Positions 1 through 11,690 of a stretch of DNA of 64,000 bases are shown one piece after another. This stretch comes from Marsupella aquatica (lineage: Eukaryota > Plantae > Marchantiophyta): NCBI GenBank assembly GCA_973895155.1, contig OZ316893.1, forward strand, positions 24,479,520-24,543,519, in the 5' to 3' direction. A program made the position numbers and the translations under genes. Each line of letters begins with the position of its first letter. Position 1 is the stretch's first letter. The notes beneath the pieces were generated by a model, which searched no databases, was not told the DNA's origin, and was given only the letters and a program-made list of their open reading frames with translations.

Positions 1-126
1 CCACAAAGCGACAACCTTCCTGACCAAGTTACTATCTACCTTGCTACGTTATTTGGCTGATACACATATACATGAATCGTTAGAGAAGAAATGTAAATCG
101 AATCATTCATTTTAGAGATCCTGCAG

Positions 127-3100
127 GTGGACTTGGTTGGAGGCTACTACGACGCTGGTGATAATGTGAAGTTCGGGGTACCCATGGCATTCACAGCTAC
201 ACTATTGTCGTGGGGAATAATCGAGTATGGGCAGCAGCTGAAGGATGCAGGTCAGCTTGACTATGCCATGGAGGCTCTAAAGTGGATTCTAGACTATCTG
301 CTCAAGGCCGTAGCCGGCCCCACGCAGATTTGGGTGCAGGTGGGCGATGCTGCAGCCGACCACGCCTGCTGGGAACGCCCTGAGGACATGGATACATCAC
401 GACTATCACACCAGGTCAACGAGGGGCATCCTGGATCAGAGCCGGCTGCTGAAACTGCTGCAGCCCTGTCTGCAGGCTACATCGCCTTCAAGATCGTTGA
501 TGCTGATTATGCGAACTTACTACTAGAGAAAGCAGAAATGGTGCGTTGTATCGTTTCAGCAAAGGTTGCACGTAATTATAAGGGTTTTCGGGCAGAACCT
601 GACATTCCTTTGTTAGCAAGTTTGCGTGCCTCCAAACGTCAGTCGAATTCTCGTCGTTTGAGTGGGGTCATGATGTAGTCAAGACGCCTCACGACATGTC
701 TATCAGACTCTCTAATCGGACCATTTGTCTTTAATAGACAAAACGCTCATGCATCAGTCTAGATAAGAGATGTATCAATAAGTTCTCTGTCAGATGTCAC
801 TCTCAGTATTCAACTAGTCGATGCTTGTCTATGTTATGTTCATGCTTGTTTAGGGACATATGACATGAATCTATTTGATAATTATCTAATCGATTCGTGA
901 TTTGATGATATGAACTGAGACGTACCCAATGCTTCGATTCTACCGAACCTTCTTTGAGTTGACAATCAGGAAAGTGTGATATGAGCTGCCAGGATCGAAC
1001 TGAGTAGATCTTGTACGTATATATGTTGCGCAGGCTTTCACTTTTGCAGATACTTACCGAGGATCCTTCGGTGACGCGTGCCCTTACTACTGCTCCTTCT
1101 CAGGCTATTACGTAAGCGCAGTCGGCCACATGAACTTAAATTTGAAGCTGCTTCGTTCGGTTCAGATTTTGGTTTCTAGGCTCATATAATTTCCATTAAA
1201 GATGTCAGTACCAAAATGGTATCGATGCTTCATATGAATTAACTACTATTTTGTGCGCGACTGGTGAACAATGCATAGATCCCACTTGAGATGTCTTAAG
1301 CGAGTTCATTGCCCCACTCAACGAGTTATTTTCTTAGCCTTATTTTGGTAGCGCATAATTTGTCCTTAATTCTGAGAAATTAATCTGAGAATACTATTTG
1401 AAGCCTAAAGTCATAACTAAAGTTAAGACTTGATTACTCATGGTTCCTACCCAATACTGGAAGCCTTGATCCCTTCTCCTTCGGAGTTAGGAGACCAGAG
1501 TGGCAAGCCCCTGACCCCCATTTTTTTTGGATCGACTGAGCCTGAACTGCTTTCTGGACAAACTTAGATCATAAATGAATCCCTTTTCCCTTCGTCATAT
1601 CTCGTTGACATCATTGAAACTCACGTCTCGGTATATCGTTGCTCACATACGACTGTTATTGCAGGATGAGCTGCTGTGGGGCGCAGCTTGGTTGTACAGA
1701 GCAACCAGAAGCGACACGTACTTGAGCTACGTCCAAAATAACGTAGGATGGAGCTATAGTATGGACGAATTCTTGTGGGACAACAAGTTCGCTGGCGTCC
1801 AGGTTCTCCTATCCAAGGTTCGTCGATGACAGTTCTAGAGATTTAAAGCAAAACATCTATTGATTGTGAGTACAGCAAACGATGCAAAGATATACCCCCA
1901 GCCAATTTTCCATAGATGTAAAGGTGGACAGAGAAGTAAAGTACAGCTGGCTTAATCTTACTAGTTTAATTTGTGGACCGTTCTGCAGTTTGATTTAGAG
2001 GGTATCGAGGGATTGTCGACCTACAGGGCTCAAGCAGATGATTTCATGTGTACGACTCTTCCTGCAAGCTCACAAAGAACAAACACCATCACGCCAGGTA
2101 TCTCCACTTAACTGAGTTTTCAGACGTCGGGTGGCAAGCTCTTCACATCTTGATTGATTCAACTAATGAGACTAATTTTTTCTCCTCGAAACCACTTGGT
2201 CCACTTATTTGAACTGATGTGGAATAATCCTGAATTACGAGCCAGGGGGTTTGCTCTATGTCTCGGATGACAACAACATGCAGTATGTGACAACAGCCGC
2301 CTTCCTCATGGCCATTCACTCCGACTACCTTAATAAATACGGAGAAACTGTCACTTGCGGTAGCGACACCTTCCAGCCTTCAGATTTGTACACATTTTCC
2401 AAGACCCAGGTGCGTAAACGCCTGTACGTTGAAGAAAGTCCTAGTAGCTTCGATCAGTGAAGAGAAAATGCTCCTAAAGTAATAAATGGAATTTGCAATA
2501 TTGATCTGTTGAATGAAAGCATCTCAAATACACACTTGACTACCTAGCTTCCCTTTGCAAAATGCTGTGTGTCGATGGTGATCTGATGAAACCTAATTTT
2601 TTAGATTTCCTACAGTACCAATGTTTGAAAATAAGCGCTCTGATCTCAGACTATTTCTTCTATCACCACATTCTCGCAAAATTATACATGTCTCATAATG
2701 GTACACGGTGTAGCACCCTGAGCTGAACTCAAGACATCCAAAACACTTAAACTAGTGTTACTGGTCCTAAGCCCAGCCTTTGAGAGGTTTGAGGATATTT
2801 TAGACGTTATGGGTTCTCATTGACCTCGACCCCTGCTTGATTGTAACTTGAGGTTAACATTGAAGTTCTTAATGTAACATATTCAAACTGGAATTGTTTT
2901 TTTACAGACGGATTACATTCTGGGCGAAAATCCTTTAGGCATGTCATACATGGCTGGTTTCGGAAGCAAATATCCCCAACAGGTGCATCACAGGGGTGCG
3001 TCTATTGTATCCTATCTTGTGGACTCCACCCCAATCAGCTGCACAGACGGCTACAACAACTGGTATACCAAGGATGCACCCAACCCAAATGTGCACATTG

Positions 3101-3237
3101 GAGCTATTGTTGGAGGACCCGACAATAACGACGGATTCATAGATTCGAGAAGCAACTGGAATCACCTAGAGGCAATGACCTATATCAATGCTCCCATGTG
3201 CTCACTGTTGGCCAAGATCCATGCCACGAATTCATAG
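127..3237 (+). CDS. Glycoside hydrolase family 9 endo-1,4-beta-glucanase, 5' end outside the window; exons 127-540, 1034-1111, 1665-1817, 1989-2097, 2246-2409, 2908-3237
   Basis: GH9 motifs [68 protein letters not shown] and D-x-R-x-N...E-x-x-TYINAP. All five introns are GT..AG and phases join (0,0,0,1,0). No C-terminal CBM49. Confidence 0.95.
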
Positions 3238-3399
3238 GACGATACTTTCTTCCTTAATACTTCCTAATGGAAGAGTCATGGCAAAGGAGTTCAGCGCTCC
3301 TGACGTTTCTTTTAGAAGGTTCTTTCATAGCTCAAGTGATTGTTTGACCAGAACTCTCACAGACGAAATGCTTAGCTAGAAGCCCAAAATAATGACCAG

Positions 3400-5100
3400 A
3401 TTGAAGCACGGTTTATGTGCCCAACCAGCGAAGCATTGAGAGGGTTCCCACTTATTTGACTGTAAACCGTGATTTTGTTTACGAATCGTTTTCTCGATTC
3501 GCCAAATTGCATGCACCTTTTGAAAGGGCTGCAAAACTGAAATAAAGTTGGCTTCGGCAAAATTGAGTTGCTTTTAATCCTAGCCTCCTTCATGTGGCTG
3601 CCTTCCCGATTAGATAGTCTCATGTCTTTCACAATGGCTACTACAAAACAAATCATGGAGAAACAAGGGCTTTTTGGAATTTGAATCCAGGAAAAGCCCA
3701 TTTTCCATTTCAACCAAAAAAACAGAAAGAAGACACAAAGCATTGACAGAAGTCACAAGGACCGATTGAAGTAGAAGAAGCATTGGCGCCAAATTCAACT
3801 GAGTATTACCTTCGGTCTGAGCTTTGGAGAGTCCATGGGAATTCTAGCAATGAAATAGAGCATCACTTGCTTGCACCACATGCAAGAGACCTTCAAAGAC
3901 GAGCTAGAAACTATCCAGAGTGACATTCAAGTACAGGTTTTATGGCATCCCAATCCAATCAACCACCCACTGGTTGGTACTTTCCGTGTGTTCAATTGCT
4001 AGATGCCTTGGATATATCTGTTGATACACTCTCGCAGCCAACTGGAAGCAAACGTTGTCTGAAGACCAAAAGTCAGAGCATCTTCTAGGTAAGTTCCATG
4101 GACTGAGCTCAAAGCTCAGACGGCGGGCTGTCTTTAGAAAAAAGGTACCGGAACAGGTGGGAAATGGAGAAGGTATGCCACCATTACCAGGTCACAAACC
4201 AGGGCCTATTCTGCAGCTTGTTTCTCTGCATCAATGTTTACATATGCAACTCGCCAACCGTAGGACGGAGTGAGCGATGGTGAAAGAGCAAATCACCGGT
4301 ACAGGAAAAAAGCAGAACGTCCGTAGAATTGCATGGCTTGAGGACAACAGTTGGCAATCGTCTTCCTCCTAGCGGCAAAGGTGTCAGGTTCACAACACGC
4401 AGGTGCCCCAAAATTAAACTCTCATGGATGAATAGTGGACAGTTTCTTTGTACTATGAGTACCTATCGGAGTACTTGAGGAAAATTTATCATTTTAGTAT
4501 GGTGAAACAGGGGATTCTCTCATGTACAGATTGTACTCTCTCCACACCCCAAAAATCCGGTTGGCGAATGCGCAGGTTGTGATTGACCCAGGATCGACAA
4601 CGCTCAAGTAATTTCTAGTCAGAATGCTTACAACAAGACCGTAGTTGGCAGGTTGGTTTTGCGATAGGCTCTTTAAGTCAAATGATTCCAAGGAAACAGG
4701 CAGCTTACAAAGATCGCCAAAACAGAGAAGGTCATACGGGAAGCTACCCTCATATCCAAACTACAGTCGCTTTCATAGTTTTCGTTCCCGCTTCCGATCT
4801 CTGTGATCTATACTACGAGCTGAGGAGAAGATACTAGTAATTGATGGCCAAAACACGAGAAGAGAGCATGCCCAACAATTCCAATCCTCCTCTTCAAAAC
4901 TACTGTTGTCCTATTTCATCGCTCCCCGTTCCAATCTCTGTTATCTACAGTCGGAGCAGAGGAGAAGAGAACAGTCACTGAAAGCCAAATCAGGAGAAGG
5001 AAGCTTGCATCCCTACAACTACTCTTGTTTCGGCAACCTTCCCACTCCATACGACAGTAGCTTCCCTTCCCATCTCCGTGATCTACAGTAGGAGCTACGA
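3400..5100 (-). mobile_element. Heavily decayed Helitron Rep-like coding relic
   Basis: Broken minus-strand peptides occur in the order expected for Helitron Rep: C-x2-C..RW.GE...SGKV zinc finger (~5095-5030, partly repeated ~4957-4921), P.NYG..CCK, REYN, SSVHGTY.DAL, GLSKAQTEGNT, DLFCSSHC...ETI. Many stops and frameshifts. Confidence 0.4.
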
Positions 5101-5759
5101 GCAGACCACAATAGTCAATGCAATTCCTTGGGCTTGGGCCGGCTACCCCAGCCACCACAGATAACTGCGCAAGCACCCAACTCCGTCATCAAAAGGTAGC
5201 GAGATGCTCCCCATGAGCTGGCTGCTGCCCATCCTATCCGCCTAGCTACCTCACCAACAGTTCGCTAGAGCAGTGTTGCGCCGTCGGCGAGATTGACTCA
5301 CGTAATGAAACTTGGTCCACCACCAGCACAAAGTCCACGACAAACCAGCAATCCGGCATCCTCCCCAAATCCTCGATCCCCATATCCCGTCCCTAGCGGG
5401 GTGGGCTTTGACCCCCCGAACCCTCCTTCATTTGCGCTGCCTCCCGACCCACGCACGCACTCTCTCCCAGTCGTCTCCGTCTCCCCCTCCCTCCCCCGAT
5501 TTTCATGCACGTTCTCTGAATCTCTTCGTCGAAAAGACGAAAAGCCCACAATGGGTCCAGAATCGACGGATCAAATGATCAAGTACCAAATCTTCCAGCG
5601 TAATTTAAGGGTCTCTAGTGTGTCACGACTCACGACTCACGAATGTCCCCTTCTGGCCTTGTGTGACAGTGTGAGGGAGAAAATGTGGAGGGGACTGGCT
5701 CCAAGGGAGTCCTGGGAGGTACTCATTGTAATCATTAGGGAGTTTCAAAGCGCAGGAGT

Positions 5760-6195
5760 CACTAGAGCTAGTTGGTCATAAGGACTGAGTTATGGGAACG
5801 GCCATAAAAGTTATGGGTGGCCAAAATCGGCTTCCCTAAGAAAGTGTCGCGGTTGCTGACCAAAACTTTGTAACTTTAACTTTCAGACTTTGAATTTGTG
5901 TCATCATAACATAGAGTCAGCACAACATTGCGTCATTCTACTCAAACTACATGCCAGTCACTATTATTATTAAAATGTTTGTCAAGGTAATAGGTTGGGG
6001 CTTGTTAGACAAGGACGGGCCAAAAACACTTACTCGGAGAGGGAGTACCCATAAGTCATCCCTTATGGCAACGGTTAATGCGTACCCCCCCTGCAATAAA
6101 TGGCCCGTAAAGTCTGGTCATTAGGTGTTTTATGGGCACAACTTGTGTCATGTAACTTTTCCTTGCAGCCCTGCTTTGAGACTCCCTATTAAGGT
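5760..6195 (+). repeat. Dispersed CCATAA/TTATGG-rich repeat, copy 1 (internally deleted), starting with CACTAGAG
   Basis: Aligns by eye to 25790-26400 (e.g. ataaggactgagtt, ggcttccctaagaaagtg, cacaacattgcgtcat, ttatgggcacaact) but lacks about 180 bp present in copy 2. Confidence 0.75.
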
Positions 6196-6279
6196 TTTTC
6201 CTTATTAGCAAATGTTAGTGTTGTGAAGGAAAAGTTGTTAGGAATAAAAAATTATATGAAGTTCACAAATTATTTTTGA

Positions 6280-7490
6280 CCATTAGATCTCCTTCTATTT
6301 TAATTTTAGGATGACAGTTAGATCTGGCTAATGGGGCTGTGATTAGGTGGAAAACTGGCTAATGTGACATAGAAAAGCTAGGGAATATCTGGCCAAAAGT
6401 GAGGAATACTTTTGGAGAGTTGGAATCTAGCACCTAAAGACATGCTTGATGTAATTTCCAAGGGCAATGAACCTGGCGGGTTAGAGCCAGGGTCCCTAGC
6501 TGCCATGGATTCACAAGCCAAATCCCCAAGTGCAATTTTAATTTATTCTAACCTGAAAATTGCACCCAAAACATGGTAAGCCCTCATGGCTAACCAAAGC
6601 AGCCAAATCCTACACAGGCCAGGCTCACAAGGGGGTAATAGGGCATCTCAAAAGTCAGGTTTGGAGGTCACTATACGCCGCCATGGGGGAAAATGTTCAA
6701 AGGTAACACTTATGCACTGCGTTCCCAACTGCGTTTTAGGCTGTCCATAACTTTTGTACAAACTAACAGTTTTTCTGTGCTCCTGGGGAGTTACTTTTGA
6801 ACCGTTTTGAGACGCCTCAATTGTTCATTACAACCCATAGCAATACACAGAACAAAGTACACGAGGGGTTTACGTTAGGAATACTCTTATTTTCCTAGAT
6901 TCCTCACTGACCCCCTCCGTTAGCTTACATAGAATGCTATGTCATTTCCTCTAGCTAATGGGGTTTACTTGAGAAACTAGCTATAGTAATTGTTGAAGGC
7001 TAGCCAATTACTTCTCAGAAAAGTGGAATCTAGAGAATGTTCGCCCATTAAAAAGTAACTGAAACAATCATCCAAATACAACAAAGTCATAAGGCATGCT
7101 CTACAGCAGAGATATCCCTTCCTTCCACCGCCAAGCTTTGTCCGCTTGTGGGGGCCACTTTACATGCCCTCAGCCCCGACATGATTTTTAAGGGTTTGCC
7201 TTGCTGGGCACGGGTTGCTAATAGCCTTGTGCTAACGACAACATCTAGCATATTCATATCTACTGTAGTTTCCTGGATTAATTTTTTACCATCAGATCTC
7301 CCTAGATTTAAGGACTGTCGGTAGATTCTGACTAATGGGGTCTATGTTAGGTGGGAAACTGATTGATAGAAGACAGAAAACCTAGCTAATGTTGACTAAT
7401 GGTGTCTAGGACTAGGTGGGAAACAGGCTAATGGAAACCCACCTAATTTTTGTAAATAGTGAGAAGATTTTGCAGAGGAGTGGAATCTAG
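6280..7490. repeat. Cluster of small related TIR-type elements ending GGAATCTAG; one complete unit 6895-7033 (CTAGATTCC...GGAATCTAG)
   Basis: 6280-6430 and 7285-7490 are mutually similar and both end in tggaatctag. 6895-7033 carries a 9-bp inverted repeat at both ends. Confidence 0.5.
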
Positions 7491-10400
7491 CTAAGTTTTG
7501 CCACTAGAAGAAACACTGCTCGACCCCACTTATGAAGTCTATCTCCGTAGCCTAAACCTTCCCATTAGCTTTGGAAATGAAGTGATGAGACAATTGAAAC
7601 TCAGGCCCCATTTAAAGTACCACCCGTCGATATGATATCTTCTTTAGGGTCAAGGCTCGAGCCTCCTTTATTGTGACAAAAAAAAGCACGCAAAACTTTG
7701 TAAAGGCCAGACAAGATCTTACGAGGATGAGGTTTGAGATGTTGTATAGTGAGCTTTTCCCCTTCAACATTAGACAGACTTTTGGGGCAGAGGTGTGGGC
7801 CTGAGGAGGAGGTCCTTACGAGAACAAGCAAACAAATACTGCTAGGTCACTTGTGTTTTACCGTACCTGAGCCACAGTCCATGTTTTGTGTCTCATGACC
7901 AAAACATTTCTCAATATATCATATTGTACTTAACAGAATTAGAAGAGACTGAGAGGTCCTGGCAAAATAGGTGCCCTAAATTATTACCCGAGACTAGAAC
8001 GAGAAAAGACCAAGAGGCGGCCTAAACTACAGAACGGGAAAGTACCAAAAGGAGGTCTAAACTTTGGCCAAAAGTACATCGTCCTTGGAGTGAGCATTTT
8101 TGGGGATTCACTAGTAGGATTTAGGAAGTTTCTTGTACAAATGACCTATCATCAATTTCACTTAAAGTCAAGCTTCTCACTTGAGAGGAAGGGTTAAATC
8201 AACTTACCCCAAAACCTCACGGGGTAAGTTGGGAAGCAAACTATGGTTTTGGGTCCATCAAACATATACCTTGTTTTTGTTCTCTAGTGTAGTTATTGTC
8301 AAGGCCCCTCTTGCATTATGAAACAAGGCCCTGAGTTGAGTTTGAGTTGACTATCTCCGCTCCTTTGGGCAGGCTCTGAGCCCAGCAGTCCTGCACACTA
8401 TACTTAGTGGGAGGGTGTTAATTGCATCCCAGTTAATTGCACATCAAAATGACAATATACGGAGTACTATGTCCCTCCATCATGATAAACCTATGTGTTC
8501 TGTTATTCTAAATACACATCTAGGTGTTGGTTTTGGATGTGCAATTACCAGGAGGAGTGCTAATTTTGAACCTTGAAGAGCAAGGCCTTGGGAAGAAGGC
8601 TCATGAAATGTTGGGAATGACATTTCACTTTTGTGAAGAACACCCTCATTAGTTCAGGCTGGAGTAACAAATTGCCACTTTTGCTGAGTGATGGCAGCCC
8701 TGAGGAGTTAGGGCCTGAGCAGCTAAGATAGCTTCATCCTTGCTGTTCTGTTGCGGCAGACTTACTCAAGATGCCATTCTGTAACAAGTACACTATTACA
8801 CAACAGCAACACTAAACTTTGTTCTCACAAAGATTGCCATGAACAAAAAATCTCTCCTTCCAGCACCAGCAACGGATACTACACTAGACTGGTTTGACCA
8901 TTTGCATGTCACATTTGATCCAAGAGTGTAAAAGGGTAGCATTAGGGTGTTTCAAAGCTTCAGAGTTGCTGATGATTGCCACATGGTATAGCTTTTTCTG
9001 AGGGTTAAGTAATAGTCTTTTCTGTGTTTTTTTTCCTCTAATCTCTACATTGACTTGTGGTGCATGTGAATATGACCAATCTTTATGGTAAAAAATTGTC
9101 TGACTGTAAATTTGGTAGTCCATAACTTTCTCTTTCCTTAACCTTAACTTTGTTTGATGTTTGAGACCCCCTATTGGAGTATATTTTGGCGTTTTTGAGC
9201 AAATCCATCCCAACTTGCAATCAACATAAGTTCATCTAAGCTACTGGGACTCAGGGTGGCTTTATAAGAAGTTTCTGGGGAACTGGGGGTGCCAAAAATT
9301 GCTTTTGAGACAAAAAGAGAAAAAGTACTGGGAACGCCAGCCACCGTCGGTGCGGACCCACCACCTGACCAGAGGCCGGACCGCAGGAGGGAAGGTGAAG
9401 CTGGGTGGGGGCGTTCGGTTGGGGTGTGGCCCCCATGGCCCCATGCATGGCCGGGTGGAGTCGAGTGGCCTGGTCCGGTCGTCGTGTACGCATGATGCAG
9501 GAACGCTGCTACGTCGACCGATCTCATCAATCGATGGTTGTCCAGTGACCCGGGCCTGCCGGCACGGCACGGGCCGGGCCGTCGGGGCCGGGCGCCAGGG
9601 CTGGGCTGGGCTGCGCTTTTGCAGGGGCCGCAGGGCTGGTCTTTCATCATTCGCTTTGTTCGTTAGTTCGCTCGCATCATGTCTGTTGATTCGTGCCAAT
9701 CCCTCGAAGTCAAAAGGAGCCATGCGAAAGAGCGATCGGGGGAAAAAAAGCTGGGATTCTGCAGTCGTTTCGTTGGATTGTTGTGAGTACGGTGATCACT
9801 CCTTTGCGCACTGATTATATCACATCCAGCTTTTTCTCCCACTTTAATATTCCTTTGGCTCGAAAGCACTTTGGTTGCATTTGACATAGGCGTAATAAGA
9901 ATGATAGTTTACTGTTTGCTTTGGTGGTGGATCGGCATCATCACTGGACTCAGAACTGACAGGATTGCTTGCTTGCCCCTACTGCACTGACAGGAGTAGT
10001 AGAGTAGGCGAGGAGGGATTTGGGCATTGTGCCCACTTCTAAAAAATCTAAAGTGAATAGAGTATCGATTCCTGGGCCCACCCTGATGAGAATGAATACT
10101 GCACGGTGAAAATAATGGACGCCAAGGAGGCCGTTGGCATCCCATAAGTTCATTCCCGACCTGAACACATTTTTACTGAGGGGTTTGGCAGGAAATTCAA
10201 TGGGGGGCAAATGAATTAGATGTGTGGACTGTGGAGTACATGGGGAAACTCTGATGCTCAGGACTGTAGCAATTCTGCCATTGGTTGCATGATGGGGCAA
10301 ACAGGAGCAAAGATTCTCCAAGAATTTGTGTGCGTATGGCCGACAAGTACGTTAAAACTAGTATGGACACTTCTCGATAAATTTATCGTAAACAAGGATG

Positions 10401-11224
10401 CAAAAGTCATGTGAGTGAGCAAATTAAACGTGAAGAAAAGTGGTCAGAATTGTTCACCAAGACGATCCAAGTCTCCAAGAGGTCAAACTGTCCTCTTAGC
10501 CTCCTGGTACTTTTTCCATGCAAATTAAAATATCCTTTTCATTTCAGATCGAAAGAGCAAAGAGATCAAACCTTGAAAAACAATTGCAATAGAAGTCAAA
10601 GGCATGCAATGGCCCTAATGGAAAAGGATGGAAACTTCACTCATAGTCCCATCAAGGGAGTGCAATAAAATGCTCTCGGTATCCCACCTACTGTGAGCAA
10701 AAGATTAGGATCTACTTGGAATGGTCATTAGACTTGGGGCTACTTGGGATTAAGATTGACTTGGAATGGTCATCAGACTAGGGGCGTCTTGGTTCATTGC
10801 ACTCATTGCAGCTCTTGTGGGTATCATTTGTGCTCATATATAGACATCAGTTTCAGGAGTGTGAGACTGAGAGGGAGAGAAGAAGATTGGCATACAACAA
10901 CTTGCAAGCTTGCCAGGCTATGGCAAATGAATTGGGATTGACATTATAATTCCTCTCTTGGCAATGGGCATAGCAGGGACGGTGTGACCCACGTCTTTGT
11001 GAGGTGTTGTGCAAATACTATCCCAACACCTCCTCGGAATGTACAATACCTGCCCTGACATCCTGTACCCTTTAAAAAAAATGCAAGAATCTACACTTTG
11101 ACAAATGCATCAACAATTATCAATAAGTTTAGGGTAAACACCCTAAACCTCTAAGCATTTAAAGTGCAATTTTTTGCAAACTGCAGTAGTAGGGGAAAAA
11201 GGGAAAATCATCAGCTAGTAGTAA

Positions 11225-11690
11225 GCCAGATTTTGCAATTCTGGAGGGTGCACTTAGGCAGAGAATGACTTCTCATAATCTACAAAGTTGGGCAGCCTTG
11301 AGTTTATGACAATTTTTTTGCACTTATGCATTTTTTCACATTGGAAACCTTGAAAGTCTTATAAGGAGGTTGTAGGAAAACATTGAAGAGTAATTGGCCC
11401 TGCTCAAGCCAGATTTTGCACTTATAGAGGGTGAACTATACCAGAGTGGACTTCTTAAGAAAAGGAAGAATGATCAGCCGTGCAGTAAACCATATTTTGC
11501 ATCTATGGAGGGTGCACTTGGGCAGAATGGACCTACCAACAAAAGGGAAGAATGATCAGCCTTGCAGCTAAACCATTTTTGCATTTATCTCGGTGCTCCT
11601 AGGTAAAGTGACTCCAAAGAAAAGGTAATATCGGCCTTCCAGTAAACCAGGTTTTGCAGATGTAGAGGGTGCACTTATGCAGGGTGAACG
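11225..11690. repeat. Degenerate ~80-bp tandem repeat
   Basis: Recurrent (a)ccagattttgca..(g)agggtgcactt core at ~11225, 11408, 11488, 11570 and 11644. Confidence 0.7.

Noticed and set aside
5293-5781. Pro-rich 162-aa ORF
   Set aside because: TTG start, C-rich low-complexity sequence and no domain.
5760-8289. CACTAGAG (5760) and CTCTAGTG (8282-8289) as paired TIRs of one element
   Set aside because: Only 8 bp match, and the flanking triplets AGT and TAG do not form a TSD.
9171-9814. Overlapping 150-170-aa ORFs on both strands
   Set aside because: By-product of high GC content; low-complexity translations with no recognisable domain.
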